Assembly: GCA_964506785.1 (NCBI GenBank)
Contig: CAZDME010000008.1
Span: 1 to 32,686, forward strand
From: an uncultured bacterium
GTDB lineage: Bacteria; CAZDME01; JAYEMH01
Direction: 5' to 3'
Length of the DNA: 32,686 nucleotides
A model generated the notes under the pieces. The model saw only the letters and a list, made by a program, of their open reading frames with translations. It was not told the DNA's origin and ran no database searches. Below, piece by piece: positions 16,810-27,196 of this stretch (position 1 is its first letter; each line of letters starts with the position of its first letter). Both the position numbers and the translations under genes were made by a program.

Positions 16810-16895
16810 TTTACTACCCTCCCTTAATTTACTCTACCCCGACCCAGACTCAACCTCTGCGAAGCCGATAACCAGAGTATCCCGGCGAAATAGAG

Positions 16896-16971
16896 TGGCG
16901 TGCTCGGAGGGGGTCGAACCCTCAATCTTCGGCTCCGGAGGCCAACGCTCTATCCATTGAGCCACGAGCAC
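16896..16971 (-). tRNA. tRNA-Arg(CCG)
   Basis: GTGCTCGTGGCTCAATGGATAGAGCGTTGGCCTCCGGAGCCGAAGATTGAGGGTTCGACCCCCTCCGAGCACGCCA. Confidence 0.95.
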
Positions 16972-17033
16972 ATCCAGTAAGATTTCTCACAGCATCAAAC
17001 CCTTGTACCGAATATTCATTAGTCTATGGATGT

Positions 17034-18164
17034 TTATTTCCCCAGATCAGTTTTTATCCGCAGGAGATGCATAATATCCCGGCGGGTAATAATTCCCGCT
17101 AACCCATCCCCGTCAAGCACTGCCATACGCCCAATTCCTTCTTTGACCATCTGGTCTAAAACTTCTACTGCTTCCTCTTCGGGATGAACAGAAATTTGCG
17201 CTAACTCACGGTGCATTATTTCCCGAACCTCTACCTGAGACCAGCGTTCCGCCGGGACCTCTTTAACATCCTGTAAAGTTACCAAACCTAAAAAATGATT
17301 GTTTGAATCAACTACGGGAAAACTTTTAAAATGGTATTTTAGAAAAAATCTATCAACAAGTTGGGATAAAGACAAAGCAGCCGATACGGAAACAACCGGT
17401 TTCCGCATCATTTCTTGGACCTTGATTCCTTTAAGGATATCTTTAATCACCACCTGACGGTAACCGCTCTCCGCTGCCTGCTGCAAGAAAAATCCAATCA
17501 AAACTAACCAGAGTCCCTGTAAAGTATTTCTAAAAATAAAGGCATTCCAGAAACCGACAATAATTAAAAAAGCAGCAAATCCTTTGCCAATCCGGCTGGT
17601 TATTAAAGTCGCCAATTTTAAATTATTTTTTTTCTGCCAGATAGCCGCCCTGAGAAGCCTGCCGCCGTCAAGAGGAAAACCAGGGATAAGATTAAAAAAA
17701 AGTAACATACCGTTAATAACGGCCAGATACTGAACGATGGCTCTGGCTTCAAGTGGGCCGTTCCTGGCTTTAAGGAAAAATGTGAGCCAGGCAAAGAAAA
17801 TTAAAAGTGCCAGGCTGCAAAGAGGGCCGGCCCCGGCCATCATAAATTCCACCCTGGGATTTTTCGGCTCTTCAGCCAGCTGGGCTACCCCGCCAAAAAG
17901 AAAAAGAGTAATCTTTTTCATCGGCACGCCATTTTTTATCCCTACCAGCGAATGGCTCAATTCGTGGAGCAGCACGGAAAGAAAAAGAAGGAAGGAAGAA
18001 AGAAACCCCATTAGCCAATAAGAGAACCTGCTTAAACCAGGATAAAAAGAGGGAAAATAAAATTTGGAGAGACTTAAAGTAACCACGACAAAAATTATAA
18101 ACCAGGTATGGTGAACCTCAATGCTGATGCCAAAAACCTTTCCTAATTTTAGACCGCCATCCAT
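17034..18164 (-). CDS. Site-2 protease (peptidase M50) with tandem CBS domains
   Basis: HELSH zinc motif, LFGGVA, AGAGP, FNLIPGFPLDGGR; C-terminal CBS pair. Confidence 0.95.
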   Translation of the reverse strand: MDGGLKLGKVFGISIEVHHTWFIIFVVVTLSLSKFYFPSFYPGLSRFSYWLMGFLSSFLLFLSVLLHELSHSLVGIKNGVPMKKITLFLFGGVAQLAEEPKNPRVEFMMAGAGPLCSLALLIFFAWLTFFLKARNGPLEARAIVQYLAVINGMLLFFNLIPGFPLDGGRLLRAAIWQKKNNLKLATLITSRIGKGFAAFLIIVGFWNAFIFRNTLQGLWLVLIGFFLQQAAESGYRQVVIKDILKGIKVQEMMRKPVVSVSAALSLSQLVDRFFLKYHFKSFPVVDSNNHFLGLVTLQDVKEVPAERWSQVEVREIMHRELAQISVHPEEEAVEVLDQMVKEGIGRMAVLDGDGLAGIITRRDIMHLLRIKTDLGK

Positions 18165-18171
18165 TTTCCCG

Positions 18172-19149
18172 TCAGTCCTTTGGAGATTTTAAATCAGCAA
18201 TAACTCTTTCTCTGATAGTAGCCACAATTTTTTCCCTGTCTTCCTGAGAACTAAACCCGGCGGCCAAACTATGGCCTCCGCCTTGAAATAAACGGGCTAT
18301 TTCGCCGACATTAACCCTTCCGGTTGAACGCAGGCCTACTCTGAAAGTGCCCTCGGTTATCTCTTTTAAAAATACCGCCGCTTCCACATCTTTAACCGCC
18401 CGCAAAAAATCGATATAATTTTCTGTCTCGTGATATTCTATCTTAATTTTATCGAAATCCTTTCGAGTCAAATAGGAGGAAATAACTTTGCTCTTTTCGT
18501 CAAATTCCAGGCGGTCAATAACCAGAGAAAAGAGTTTCACGCTATTTAACGTCTGATTTTCAAAAATTTTTCTGAAAATCTGATATGGGTCAAGGCCGTA
18601 AGTAAGAAGTTCCTTGGCAATCTGAAGAATCTGGGGGGTGGTATTGCTGTATTGAAATCTGCCGGTATCGGTAATAACCCCCACGTATAAACAAAGAGCG
18701 ATAGAATAATCCAGGTCTATTCTCAGCCGATTAGCTAACTGAAAAATTAAAGCGCAAACAGCCGCACTTTCCGGATTGACCACATTGATATCGCCAAAAT
18801 TATCATTATCGGGATGATGGTCAATATTTACGAAAATACTGGCTTTATCAACTAAATTCTGTGTCACTCCCAGACGGCTTTGAGAGCCGCATTCTAAAGC
18901 AACAAAGACAAAAGGCGTCTGCAGATTAACCTTGGATTTCAGGCGGTTCACTCCGGGAAGAAAATCGTATTTAGAAGGTACCGCCGCCGGGTCAATAGCC
19001 ACTTCCACTTTCTTTCCCATTTTCTCCAGGATTAAACGCAAAGCCAGTACTGAGCCTAAAGCGTCGCCATCCGGGTTCTCATGCGCCGCCAGAATAAAAT
19101 TTCTATTTTTTTTGATACACTCGATTAATCTTTCCCAATCTTTAGCCAA
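18172..19149 (-). CDS. nrnA: DHH/DHHA1 phosphoesterase (NrnA-like oligoribonuclease / pAp phosphatase)
   Basis: HENPDGDALGS, NIDHH, DTGRF, GGGHSLAAG; TTG start. Confidence 0.9.
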   Translation of the reverse strand: MAKDWERLIECIKKNRNFILAAHENPDGDALGSVLALRLILEKMGKKVEVAIDPAAVPSKYDFLPGVNRLKSKVNLQTPFVFVALECGSQSRLGVTQNLVDKASIFVNIDHHPDNDNFGDINVVNPESAAVCALIFQLANRLRIDLDYSIALCLYVGVITDTGRFQYSNTTPQILQIAKELLTYGLDPYQIFRKIFENQTLNSVKLFSLVIDRLEFDEKSKVISSYLTRKDFDKIKIEYHETENYIDFLRAVKDVEAAVFLKEITEGTFRVGLRSTGRVNVGEIARLFQGGGHSLAAGFSSQEDREKIVATIRERVIADLKSPKD

Positions 19150-19164
19150 ACTGTTCTCCTCCCT

Positions 19165-20592
19165 TCAATTAATCTGCCGGATAAGCCTTTCAATTGTCTT
19201 TTCCTTGCCCAGCGCCGGCATAAATTCAATTAATTCCAACCCCTGAGACCGGCCGGTTAAAGCCAGCCGTAGCGGCTGATAGAACCTTTTCCCTTTGATT
19301 TCTATCTCTTCTTGAAGACGAATAAAGACCGACTTAATATTATCGGTGGTAAATTCGGATAATTCAGCTAATTTCTCCCTGAGCTTTTTGAAAATGAGCT
19401 GGCTATCGTCATTTTCAACCAATCTTTTCTCTTCGCCTTCAAGCTTTACCTCAACTAAGAAGTCTCTGAGATATCCAGGAATTTCGGAAAGCATTTTAAT
19501 ATAGGCCCGGAGAACCTCAATGATTTTCTTAAGGGGCTCTTTCCCTATTTTCAAGCCAGCTTGGTCTATAAAAGGTTTGGACAATTGATAGAGTCGGTTT
19601 AAATGAGCCTGCCGTATATGCCAGTTGCTTACCCAATTTAACTTTGCCAAATCAAAAATAGACGCCGATTTAGTCAATCTCTCGAGTGAAAAAGACTCAA
19701 GCAATTCATCAACGCTTAACAACTCCTTTTCTTCGGGATGTGACCAGCCTAAAAGGGCCAAATAATTTACTAAAGCCTCGGGTAAATATCCGCTCTGGCG
19801 GAAATGATTTATAGCCGTTGCTCCGTGCCTTTTACTTAAACGGCCTCCGTCGGGCCCTAAAGTCATAGACATATGGGCAAACCCGGGCAGAGGAAAATCT
19901 AAAGCCTCAAAGAGTAAAATATGCCGGGGCGTATTGGATAAATGGTCTTCCCCGCGGATAACGTGGCTTATCTTCATAAGAGCATCATCAACCACTACGG
20001 CAAAATTAAAAGTGGCCCGGCCGTCTGATTTAAGAATAATAAAATCACCAATGCTCTCTGTATCGAAAACGACCTCGCCTCGGACAATATCATGAATTTT
20101 AATTGTTCTTTTGGGAACCTTAAAACGTAAAGCCGGCTTCCGCCCCTCTTTTAAAAAGTCCTTTCTTTCTTCAAACGTTAATTTCCGGCAGCGATTATCA
20201 TAGCGGGGAGTTTCGCCTTTAGCTAAAGCTTCTTTTCTCCGGGCTTCCAGCTCTTCAGCCCTACAGAAACACTGATAGGCTTTCCCTTGACGAAGTAATT
20301 CTTCTGCATGCCTTTGATAAATATTCCCTCTTTCTGATTGCCGATAAGGGCCGAACTTTCCACCCGCATCAGGACCTTCATCCCATTTAAGCCCCAACCA
20401 GCTCAGGTCTTCCAGAATACTTCTTTCTGATTCTGGACTGGAACGAACTAAATCGGTATCTTCGATACGCAGAATAAATTTCCCTTTATACCTACGGGCA
20501 AAGAGCCAATTAAAAAGGGCTGTTCTGGTGTTTCCTATATGAAGCAATCCGGTTGGACTAGGGGCAAAACGAACGCGAATAGCATCTCTCAT
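19165..20592 (-). CDS. gltX: Glutamate--tRNA ligase
   Basis: RFAPSPTG, HIGN, RIEDTD, PYRQSER, HVIRGEDH, LSKR and an anticodon-binding domain. Confidence 0.97.
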   Translation of the reverse strand: MRDAIRVRFAPSPTGLLHIGNTRTALFNWLFARRYKGKFILRIEDTDLVRSSPESERSILEDLSWLGLKWDEGPDAGGKFGPYRQSERGNIYQRHAEELLRQGKAYQCFCRAEELEARRKEALAKGETPRYDNRCRKLTFEERKDFLKEGRKPALRFKVPKRTIKIHDIVRGEVVFDTESIGDFIILKSDGRATFNFAVVVDDALMKISHVIRGEDHLSNTPRHILLFEALDFPLPGFAHMSMTLGPDGGRLSKRHGATAINHFRQSGYLPEALVNYLALLGWSHPEEKELLSVDELLESFSLERLTKSASIFDLAKLNWVSNWHIRQAHLNRLYQLSKPFIDQAGLKIGKEPLKKIIEVLRAYIKMLSEIPGYLRDFLVEVKLEGEEKRLVENDDSQLIFKKLREKLAELSEFTTDNIKSVFIRLQEEIEIKGKRFYQPLRLALTGRSQGLELIEFMPALGKEKTIERLIRQIN

Positions 20593-20680
20593 AATTGATG
20601 AAAAACCCGAATGTGAGCCAATTATTCACCGATACCTCCACCTGCACGCTGGTGGCTTTACGCCGGGAAATTTCGAAAAT

Positions 20681-21295
20681 TCAATTTCGCTGCAGGGGAA
20701 AAATTTCTCTGATTCGATACCTAAATTTCCAAAAAAGCAACGAGGCAGAAAACATCTTAATGATATACCCGGGGATAAAAGGAAAAACGCCTAAAGAAAC
20801 TGCCTTTGAGAAATTTATTTTAGTTAAAAACATCAACTGGATTATTCCTAAAAGGTATAAAGCCAGACTGCCAAGAAAAACACTGAAGACTACCCAGGCA
20901 AACCCCAGGCGGTTAGAAAGTTTATCCAGAGGGATTAACTCGATAAGCCGGCCAATAATCCAGGTACAAGCGATAAAACCTAAAAGATATCCGCCGGTAG
21001 GGCCGGCTAAATAAAGCAAGCCTCCTCCCCCGGCAAAAACCGCTAAGCCTCCTAGGCCCAAAATAAGATAACCGATTTGACTAACAGCGCTCCATCTCCT
21101 GCCTAAAAAAAGCCCAGCCAAAAATACAAAAAAAGTCTGGGCGGTAATCGGTACCGGAGTAAAAGGCAGAGAGAAACGAATATAGGCCCCGAGAATAGTC
21201 AAAATTGTAAAGGCGGCCGTGCCGATAATAATACAGACAGTTTTGTCGGCAATCAGCTCTCTCTGCAGATTTCCTATCTTTGTTTCAACAGCCAT
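20681..21295 (-). CDS. bioY: Biotin transporter BioY
   Basis: PFTPVPITAQT, GLAVFAGG, GPTGGYLLGF, PFIPG. Confidence 0.93.
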   Translation of the reverse strand: MAVETKIGNLQRELIADKTVCIIIGTAAFTILTILGAYIRFSLPFTPVPITAQTFFVFLAGLFLGRRWSAVSQIGYLILGLGGLAVFAGGGGLLYLAGPTGGYLLGFIACTWIIGRLIELIPLDKLSNRLGFAWVVFSVFLGSLALYLLGIIQLMFLTKINFSKAVSLGVFPFIPGYIIKMFSASLLFWKFRYRIREIFPLQRN

Positions 21296-21349
21296 CTCTT
21301 ACCATTTATCCCGCTCGCCCCGTGCAAAAAGGACTCGCCACCCCCGCTT

Positions 21350-22936
21350 TTAACAGGGATTTTTGAGAGAACCTTTCTCTTTTTCCTTAATCAGCTTATA
21401 TTCAATACTGTCAATTAAGGCTTCACAGCTGGCTTCGATAATATTTTCGGAAACACCCACTGTGGACCAAAAAACCTCCTGGTCAGTCGATTCAATCAAT
21501 ACTCTAACCTTAGCAGCTGTTCCTGCCTTGGCGTCCAAAACTCTAACTTTAAAATCAGTCAGATGCATCCCTTCTAAACTGGGGAAAAATTTCTCCAAAG
21601 CCTTCCGCAAAGCGCTATCCAGGGCATTTACCGGCCCATCACCTTGAGCCTTAGTTATCTCTTTTTTCCCCTTAACCCTCAATGTGATTGTTGCTTCAGA
21701 AAGCAGCCCTCCGCCCTGATTGACTACTTTGACCTCAAAACCCTCCAGTTTAAAAAAAGGCTGATACTTTCCCATGGCTTTTTTGAGCAATAATTCAAGC
21801 GAAGCCTCAGCCGCCTCAAACTGATAACCTTGATATTCTAAGTTTTTTACCCTGTCTAAAATCTCCTGGGTCTCTGGTGTTTCTTTAGTCAAATCTAAAT
21901 TTAACTCTCTGGCTTTGACAAGGATATTGCTCTTTCCGGAAAGTTCGGAAACTAAAATTCTGCGGCGATTACCCACTAAACCGGGGTTGATATGTTCAAA
22001 AGAACGCGGATTTTTTTTTACCGCATCTACATGCGTCCCTCCCTTATGAGCAAAGGCGCTGTCACCCACATAAGGTTGATTCTCTACAGGGATAAGATTG
22101 GCTACCTCGTTGACAAAACGGGAAACTTCCCGGAGGTGCCGCAATTTTTCATCGTTCAGGCAGTCAACACCTAACTTCAACTTTAAATTGGGAATAATCA
22201 CACAGAGATCGGCATTCCCGCAGCGCTCTCCACAGCCATTAATTGTTCCCTGTACCTGAGTTACTCCTGCCTCGACGGCTGCCAGGCTGTTGGCTATGGC
22301 CATACCGTTATCATTATGAACGTGAATACCTAAAGGGACTTTAGTCATCTTCTTCACTCTGCTGACAATCCTTCGAATCTCCCCCGCTAAACTGCCGCCG
22401 TTAGTATCACAGAGAACCAGCCAATCAGCTCCGGCAGCCTCAGCCTTTTTTAAAGAACTTAGGGCATATTCTTCATTGTCTTTGTATCCGTCAAAAAAAT
22501 GTTCGGCATCATAAATAACCTCACGGCCATTCTTCTTTAAAAAAGCGATAGAATCATAAATCATCGAAAGATTTTCTTCTAAAGTAGTCTTAATCACCTC
22601 TTTAACATGTAAAATCCAACTCTTCCCAAAAATGGCAACCGCCGGGGTCTCTGCCTCCAGGGCTTTTTTTAAATTCCTGTCTTTTTCAGAAGTAATATTC
22701 GTCCTTCGGGTGCTGGTAAAAGCAACCAGCTTAGTATTTTCAAAAGATAACTTCTTGGCTTCCTTGAAAAAATCAATATCCTTGAGGTTGGAACCGGGCC
22801 AGCCTCCTTCGACGTAGTCAATCCCGAACTCGTCGAGTTTTTTCAGAATTCGAAGTTTATCCTTGACCGAAAAGGAAATTCCTTCGCTCTGGGCCCCATC
22901 GCGAAGAGTAGTGTCGTAAAGTTTAACTTTATTCAT
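21350..22936 (-). CDS. cimA: Citramalate synthase (LeuA/CimA family)
   Basis: [50 protein letters not shown]. Confidence 0.9.
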   Translation of the reverse strand: MNKVKLYDTTLRDGAQSEGISFSVKDKLRILKKLDEFGIDYVEGGWPGSNLKDIDFFKEAKKLSFENTKLVAFTSTRRTNITSEKDRNLKKALEAETPAVAIFGKSWILHVKEVIKTTLEENLSMIYDSIAFLKKNGREVIYDAEHFFDGYKDNEEYALSSLKKAEAAGADWLVLCDTNGGSLAGEIRRIVSRVKKMTKVPLGIHVHNDNGMAIANSLAAVEAGVTQVQGTINGCGERCGNADLCVIIPNLKLKLGVDCLNDEKLRHLREVSRFVNEVANLIPVENQPYVGDSAFAHKGGTHVDAVKKNPRSFEHINPGLVGNRRRILVSELSGKSNILVKARELNLDLTKETPETQEILDRVKNLEYQGYQFEAAEASLELLLKKAMGKYQPFFKLEGFEVKVVNQGGGLLSEATITLRVKGKKEITKAQGDGPVNALDSALRKALEKFFPSLEGMHLTDFKVRVLDAKAGTAAKVRVLIESTDQEVFWSTVGVSENIIEASCEALIDSIEYKLIKEKEKGSLKNPC

Positions 22937-22940
22937 CTCT

Positions 22941-23420
22941 CTATTTTCCTAAATTGAATTTTCGATGTATTGACTGAACTGCCTTTTTTAACTCCCTTTC
23001 CCTGATTACACAAGAAATCTTTATTTCTGAAGTGCTGATCATCTCTATGTTAATCTTTTTGTCCGCCAGAGCTTTAAACATTTTCGCGGCCACTCCGGCA
23101 TGGGTACGCATCCCTACTCCGACCAAAGAAATTTTGGCTATTTTGTCGTCGGCAATCACCTGTTTCGCCTTAAGACGCTGTTTAACCTTTCTCATCACCT
23201 CTAAGGTCTTTTTTAAATCATCGCAGGATACGGTAAAGGAAATACTATTTTTCCCATTCTTACTGGCGCTTTGGATAATCATGTCGATATTAATATTTTT
23301 CTCGGTTAAAGCGCCAAACACATAAGCAGCAACCCCTGGCCGATCCGGAAGGTCAACAATTGAAATTTTCGCCTGATTCTTATCATAGGTAACACCGCTA
23401 ATAACCACCTTTTCCAGCAT
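22941..23420 (-). CDS. Aspartate kinase beta subunit from an internal in-frame start (159 aa)
   Basis: AGGAGG 10 nt before the in-frame ATG at 23420 (GGEKK-MLEK), at the kinase/ACT boundary. Confidence 0.7.
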   Translation of the reverse strand: MLEKVVISGVTYDKNQAKISIVDLPDRPGVAAYVFGALTEKNINIDMIIQSASKNGKNSISFTVSCDDLKKTLEVMRKVKQRLKAKQVIADDKIAKISLVGVGMRTHAGVAAKMFKALADKKINIEMISTSEIKISCVIRERELKKAVQSIHRKFNLGK

Positions 23421-24185
23421 CTTCTTTTCTCCTCCTATTAAAGTCCCCGGCCGGTTAATTTTTAAACTGGAACGAACATGAATAGGCACATTATACTTTT
23501 GGGCGAAACCTAAAGAGCGAGCCTGCATCACCTGCGCTCCGGAACTGGCCATTTCTAACATCTCTTCATAAGAAATCCGTGGAAGTTTTTTTGCCCCGGG
23601 CACAATTCGGGGGTCAGCGGTAAAAACCCCATCGACATCAGTAAAGATTTCACAACATTCGGCCTTAAGGACCGCGGTTAAAGCCACCGCGGTTAAATCT
23701 GAACCACCTCGTCCTAATGTGGTAATATCCTTTTTACTCTCGCCCTGGAACCCGGCCACAACAACGATATAATCTTCATCGAGAAGCTTCCTTATCCTCT
23801 CGGTATTTATCTTCTTGATTTTGGCTTTGGTATGAGATCTATCAGTCACGATACCCAACTGATGTCCGGTTAAAGAAATTGCCTTGGCCCCCAAATCATG
23901 CAGGGCCACGGTTAATAAAGAAATAGAGATTTGTTCACCGGTTGAAAGCAGCATATCCAATTCCCGGGACGAAGGGATGGAATTACCCGCGGTGACTAAA
24001 GCCGCTGAATATAAATGATCGGTCATTTTCCCCGGTGCGGAAACAACTACCGCTACTTTATAGCCCTTTTTGCGGGTCGAGATAATCTTCCGGGCCACCT
24101 TTTTTATTCTCTGAGGATTAGGATTAGTCAGAGAATCAATATCCATCGACGACCCGCCGAATTTCTGAACAATCACTTTCATCAA
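22941..24185 (-). CDS. lysC: Aspartate kinase (alpha subunit, two ACT domains)
   Basis: [46 protein letters not shown]. Confidence 0.96.
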   Translation of the reverse strand: MMKVIVQKFGGSSMDIDSLTNPNPQRIKKVARKIISTRKKGYKVAVVVSAPGKMTDHLYSAALVTAGNSIPSSRELDMLLSTGEQISISLLTVALHDLGAKAISLTGHQLGIVTDRSHTKAKIKKINTERIRKLLDEDYIVVVAGFQGESKKDITTLGRGGSDLTAVALTAVLKAECCEIFTDVDGVFTADPRIVPGAKKLPRISYEEMLEMASSGAQVMQARSLGFAQKYNVPIHVRSSLKINRPGTLIGGEKKMLEKVVISGVTYDKNQAKISIVDLPDRPGVAAYVFGALTEKNINIDMIIQSASKNGKNSISFTVSCDDLKKTLEVMRKVKQRLKAKQVIADDKIAKISLVGVGMRTHAGVAAKMFKALADKKINIEMISTSEIKISCVIRERELKKAVQSIHRKFNLGK

Positions 24186-24192
24186 TATCCCT

Positions 24193-25473
24193 CTATCGGC
24201 GTTTTAAGGTGACAAAATAAGACATCAGATTATACCCCTTATTAAAGCGGATACGGCTAAGGTGAGCCTGCCTTTCTGAAAAAGCTTGAAAATTGTTTTT
24301 CTTCACCCCGTCTCCCCAGATAACAAAAGGCACGGCATCCCGGGTATGGGTCCTGAGGGCAATTGGGGTGGGATGATCGGGTAAAACCATAATCCGGGAA
24401 TGACGAAACTTTCCCAGGCCGGCTAAGATTTTTCCCAATAGCCTCCGGTCAAAATCCTCGATGGTTTTTATTTTGGCTACAATATCTCCATTATGCCCGG
24501 CTTCATCCGGGGCTTCAACATGAACAAGAACAAAATCAGTTTTGACAAGACCGTTTAAAGCTGCCTCAGCTTTACCTTCATAATTGGTATTGTAATAACC
24601 GGTGGCTCCGGGCACGTTAATTACCTTAAGGCCGAGAAATTTAGCCAGACCTTTTATTAAATCTACCGCGGAAATTACCCCGCCTCGCAAGCTGTATTTT
24701 TCCCAGAAACTGGGAAGTTTCGGAGCTTGCCCCTGTCCCCAAAGCCAGATCATATTGGCTGGATTTTCACCCAAATCAATCCTCACCCGATTTATATCAT
24801 GATTCTCTAGAAGCTCTCGGGAACGCTCGGTAATTTTTCTGATTATAGCCGCGTTTTCCCCTTGAGGCAAAAATTCTTTATAGGGCTGATTTAAAATATC
24901 ATGGGGCGGATAACATTTTATTTTTTCGATAGCATTTTTTTCTTTTTTAATTTTTTTAAAAATTTTATCCTTTAGCAATCTTTCCTGATTAGGAGAATCT
25001 TCCTCAAAAACCCTCCTTTTGATAATCATTAGATTTCGGTAGCTCACCCCGGGGTAAAAACGGATATCTTTGCTTCCTAAATTTTTATTAATCATCTTAA
25101 TTAAAATCTGCGCTTCTTGGTCCTGAATATGACCGCCGCTATAATCAGTCAAAAATTCATGGTCAACGGTGACCAAATTACAGCGAAAAGCTAATTCTTC
25201 ATCACTTAACTTTATCCCATGACTGGCCGCCTCCAGTGGCCCCCGGCCGCTATAATACTTAACTGGATTATATCCCAAGAGAGAAAGAGTAGCCACATCG
25301 CTTCCGGGTGTCATTCTCGCTGGAACATTCTTTGAGGTCCCAATCTGTCCTTCCCGGGCAAGTTTATCCAGGTTAGGCGTTTTCGCTACCTCAAGCGGCG
25401 TTTTGGAATTTAGCGCCTTCAAAGGATAATCAGCCATCCCATCTGGAATAAGAACCACAAATTTAGTTTTCAT
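24193..25473 (-). CDS. ApgM-like cofactor-independent phosphoglycerate mutase family protein, probable homoserine kinase substitute
   Basis: DGMAD, TPLEVA, PGSDVA, GRGPLEA, SAVDL, HVEAPDEAGH, PDHPTP; located between thrC and aspartokinase. Confidence 0.85.
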   Translation of the reverse strand: MKTKFVVLIPDGMADYPLKALNSKTPLEVAKTPNLDKLAREGQIGTSKNVPARMTPGSDVATLSLLGYNPVKYYSGRGPLEAASHGIKLSDEELAFRCNLVTVDHEFLTDYSGGHIQDQEAQILIKMINKNLGSKDIRFYPGVSYRNLMIIKRRVFEEDSPNQERLLKDKIFKKIKKEKNAIEKIKCYPPHDILNQPYKEFLPQGENAAIIRKITERSRELLENHDINRVRIDLGENPANMIWLWGQGQAPKLPSFWEKYSLRGGVISAVDLIKGLAKFLGLKVINVPGATGYYNTNYEGKAEAALNGLVKTDFVLVHVEAPDEAGHNGDIVAKIKTIEDFDRRLLGKILAGLGKFRHSRIMVLPDHPTPIALRTHTRDAVPFVIWGDGVKKNNFQAFSERQAHLSRIRFNKGYNLMSYFVTLKRR

Positions 25474-25477
25474 CTCT

Positions 25478-26560
25478 CTATCCCTTAATTCCGATTTCTT
25501 TCATTACTGCTTTTAACCGAGCCGGGATAACCCTGGGCTGCTCAACAGTTTTTATCGCCCGGTCCGGATCCTTCAAGCCGTGTCCGGTTAGAATACAGAC
25601 AACCACTGGCTTTCTGCCCAAACGAACGGCCTCCTTCTTAAAATATTGGCTCTTTTTTAATTTAATTACGCCGGCTAAAGAAGCCGCCGAAGCCGGTTCA
25701 ACAAAAATCCCTTCAAATTTGGCTAAAAGTTTATAAGCTTCAACAATCTCCTCGTCAGTAACTTTATCGATTAATCCAGCCGATTCATCACGAGCCGCTT
25801 CGGCCCGCTTCCAACTGGCCGGATTGCCGATTCTAATAGCCGTGGCAATCGTCTCTGGATTTTTAACTATCTTTCCTTCGACAATCGGAGCCGCACCCGA
25901 GGCTTGAAAACCTAACATTTTAGGCAGCCCTTTTATTTTACCCTTCTTACGGTACTGTTTATACCCCATCCAGTAAGCAGTAATGTTTCCCGCATTACCC
26001 ACCGGTATAGCTTGAAAATCAGGCTCCGTTTTTAAGTGGTCGCAAATTTCGAAAGCAGCCGTTTTCTGTCCTTCAATTCGATTAGGATTAAGAGAATTTA
26101 CCAAAGTTATCGGATATCTTTCGGTAATTTCCCTCACCAGCGAGAGAGCTTCGTCAAAATTACCCTCAATGGCTAAAACCTGAGCCCCATGGATCAAGGC
26201 TTGGGCAAGCTTCCCCAAAGCAATGGCCCCTTTAGGAATCAAAACGATGCATTTCATTTCCGCTTGAGCCGCATAGGCGGCTGCCGATGCCGAAGTATTG
26301 CCGGTCGAAGCGCAAATTACCGCTTGTCTTCCCTCTTCTTTCGCTTTAGAAATAGCTACCGTCATCCCCCGGTCTTTAAATGAACCGGTGGGGTTTAATC
26401 CTTCGTATTTAAGATAAAGATTAATCTCCCCTTCTAAATATTGAGATAATTTGCCCGCTGGTATAAGCGGCGTATTTCCCTCCTGCAAAGTAATAACAGG
26501 GGTTTTTTCGGTAATCGGCAAAAACTCTTTATAATGTTTAATCACCCCTGGCCAAAGCAT
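25478..26560 (-). CDS. thrC: Threonine synthase
   Basis: [16 protein letters not shown] (PLP lysine), [23 protein letters not shown]. Start at ATG 26560 after AGGAG. Confidence 0.96.
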   Translation of the reverse strand: MLWPGVIKHYKEFLPITEKTPVITLQEGNTPLIPAGKLSQYLEGEINLYLKYEGLNPTGSFKDRGMTVAISKAKEEGRQAVICASTGNTSASAAAYAAQAEMKCIVLIPKGAIALGKLAQALIHGAQVLAIEGNFDEALSLVREITERYPITLVNSLNPNRIEGQKTAAFEICDHLKTEPDFQAIPVGNAGNITAYWMGYKQYRKKGKIKGLPKMLGFQASGAAPIVEGKIVKNPETIATAIRIGNPASWKRAEAARDESAGLIDKVTDEEIVEAYKLLAKFEGIFVEPASAASLAGVIKLKKSQYFKKEAVRLGRKPVVVCILTGHGLKDPDRAIKTVEQPRVIPARLKAVMKEIGIKG

Positions 26561-26632
26561 TCTATCTCTCCTACGCACACCACCTTACAGATTTTACCTG
26601 CAACTTCATCATACTTAGCAATTAACATCTTC

Positions 26633-26719
26633 TGTTTTATGTGTTATGTGTAAAGTGTTATGTATTTTTGAAAAAATATTCAAATTTTTCATTACACATT
26701 TCACATTACACATCACACA
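26633..26719. repeat. Inverted array of degenerate 7-mers (TGTTATG / CATTACA) around a small central hairpin
   Basis: Left TGTTTTA-TGTGTTA-TGTGTAA-AGTGTTA-TGT; right CATTACA-CATTTCA-CATTACA-CATCACA-CA; centre TTTGAA-aaaata-TTCAAA. Confidence 0.75.
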
Positions 26720-26724
26720 ATCTT

Positions 26725-27159
26725 TTAGTACGGCAATTCATGGTCATCAAACAAATCTTCGCTATCATTAGTACCTATACTGCAGGTTGGGTTTTCACTT
26801 ACTGTTCCCAGGGTATATTCTCCTTCGGACGGACAAACCGGCGCTATCTTTATAAAATCTGACACTAAATCTGACATATAAACCTCTGTGGCCAATCCTG
26901 CCCCGGATGACCAAGCCCAGCGCTCCTTGGCCGTTTCCATTTGTCTAAGCTTGGCTACACAAAGTTTGGCACTGGCCTCTTCTCTCGCCCTCAAAAAATT
27001 AGGCAAAGCCACCGCAACAATTAAAGCAAGGATACAGACAACAATCATTGTTTCAACTAAAGTCAACCCCGCATCTAATGAAGGGGGGTTCTTGCTTTTC
27101 AATCTTTTACCATCCAGATGGATAAGAAATCTGCCCTTTACTTTTGACATTTTTATCAT
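26725..27159 (-). CDS. Type IV pilin / pseudopilin with prepilin cleavage motif
   Basis: G|LTLVETMIVVCILALIVAVALPNFLRARE with E5, plus C-terminal cysteines; the start codon is uncertain. Confidence 0.88.
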   Translation of the reverse strand: MIKMSKVKGRFLIHLDGKRLKSKNPPSLDAGLTLVETMIVVCILALIVAVALPNFLRAREEASAKLCVAKLRQMETAKERWAWSSGAGLATEVYMSDLVSDFIKIAPVCPSEGEYTLGTVSENPTCSIGTNDSEDLFDDHELPY

Positions 27160-27196
27160 CTGCTCTTTTTAAAAAATAGGGCTATCCGGTATTTTT

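Noticed and set aside
20593-20680. Possible ncRNA or T-box upstream of gltX
   Set aside because: It is too short, shows only a small CCACC/GGTGG hairpin, and has no T-box motif or terminator.
21305-21363. ATCCCGC...CAGGGAT ends as a third element family (similar motifs at 191-220 and 4759-4768)
   Set aside because: The matches are only 5-7 bp with no consistent flanking duplication and could be ordinary hairpins.
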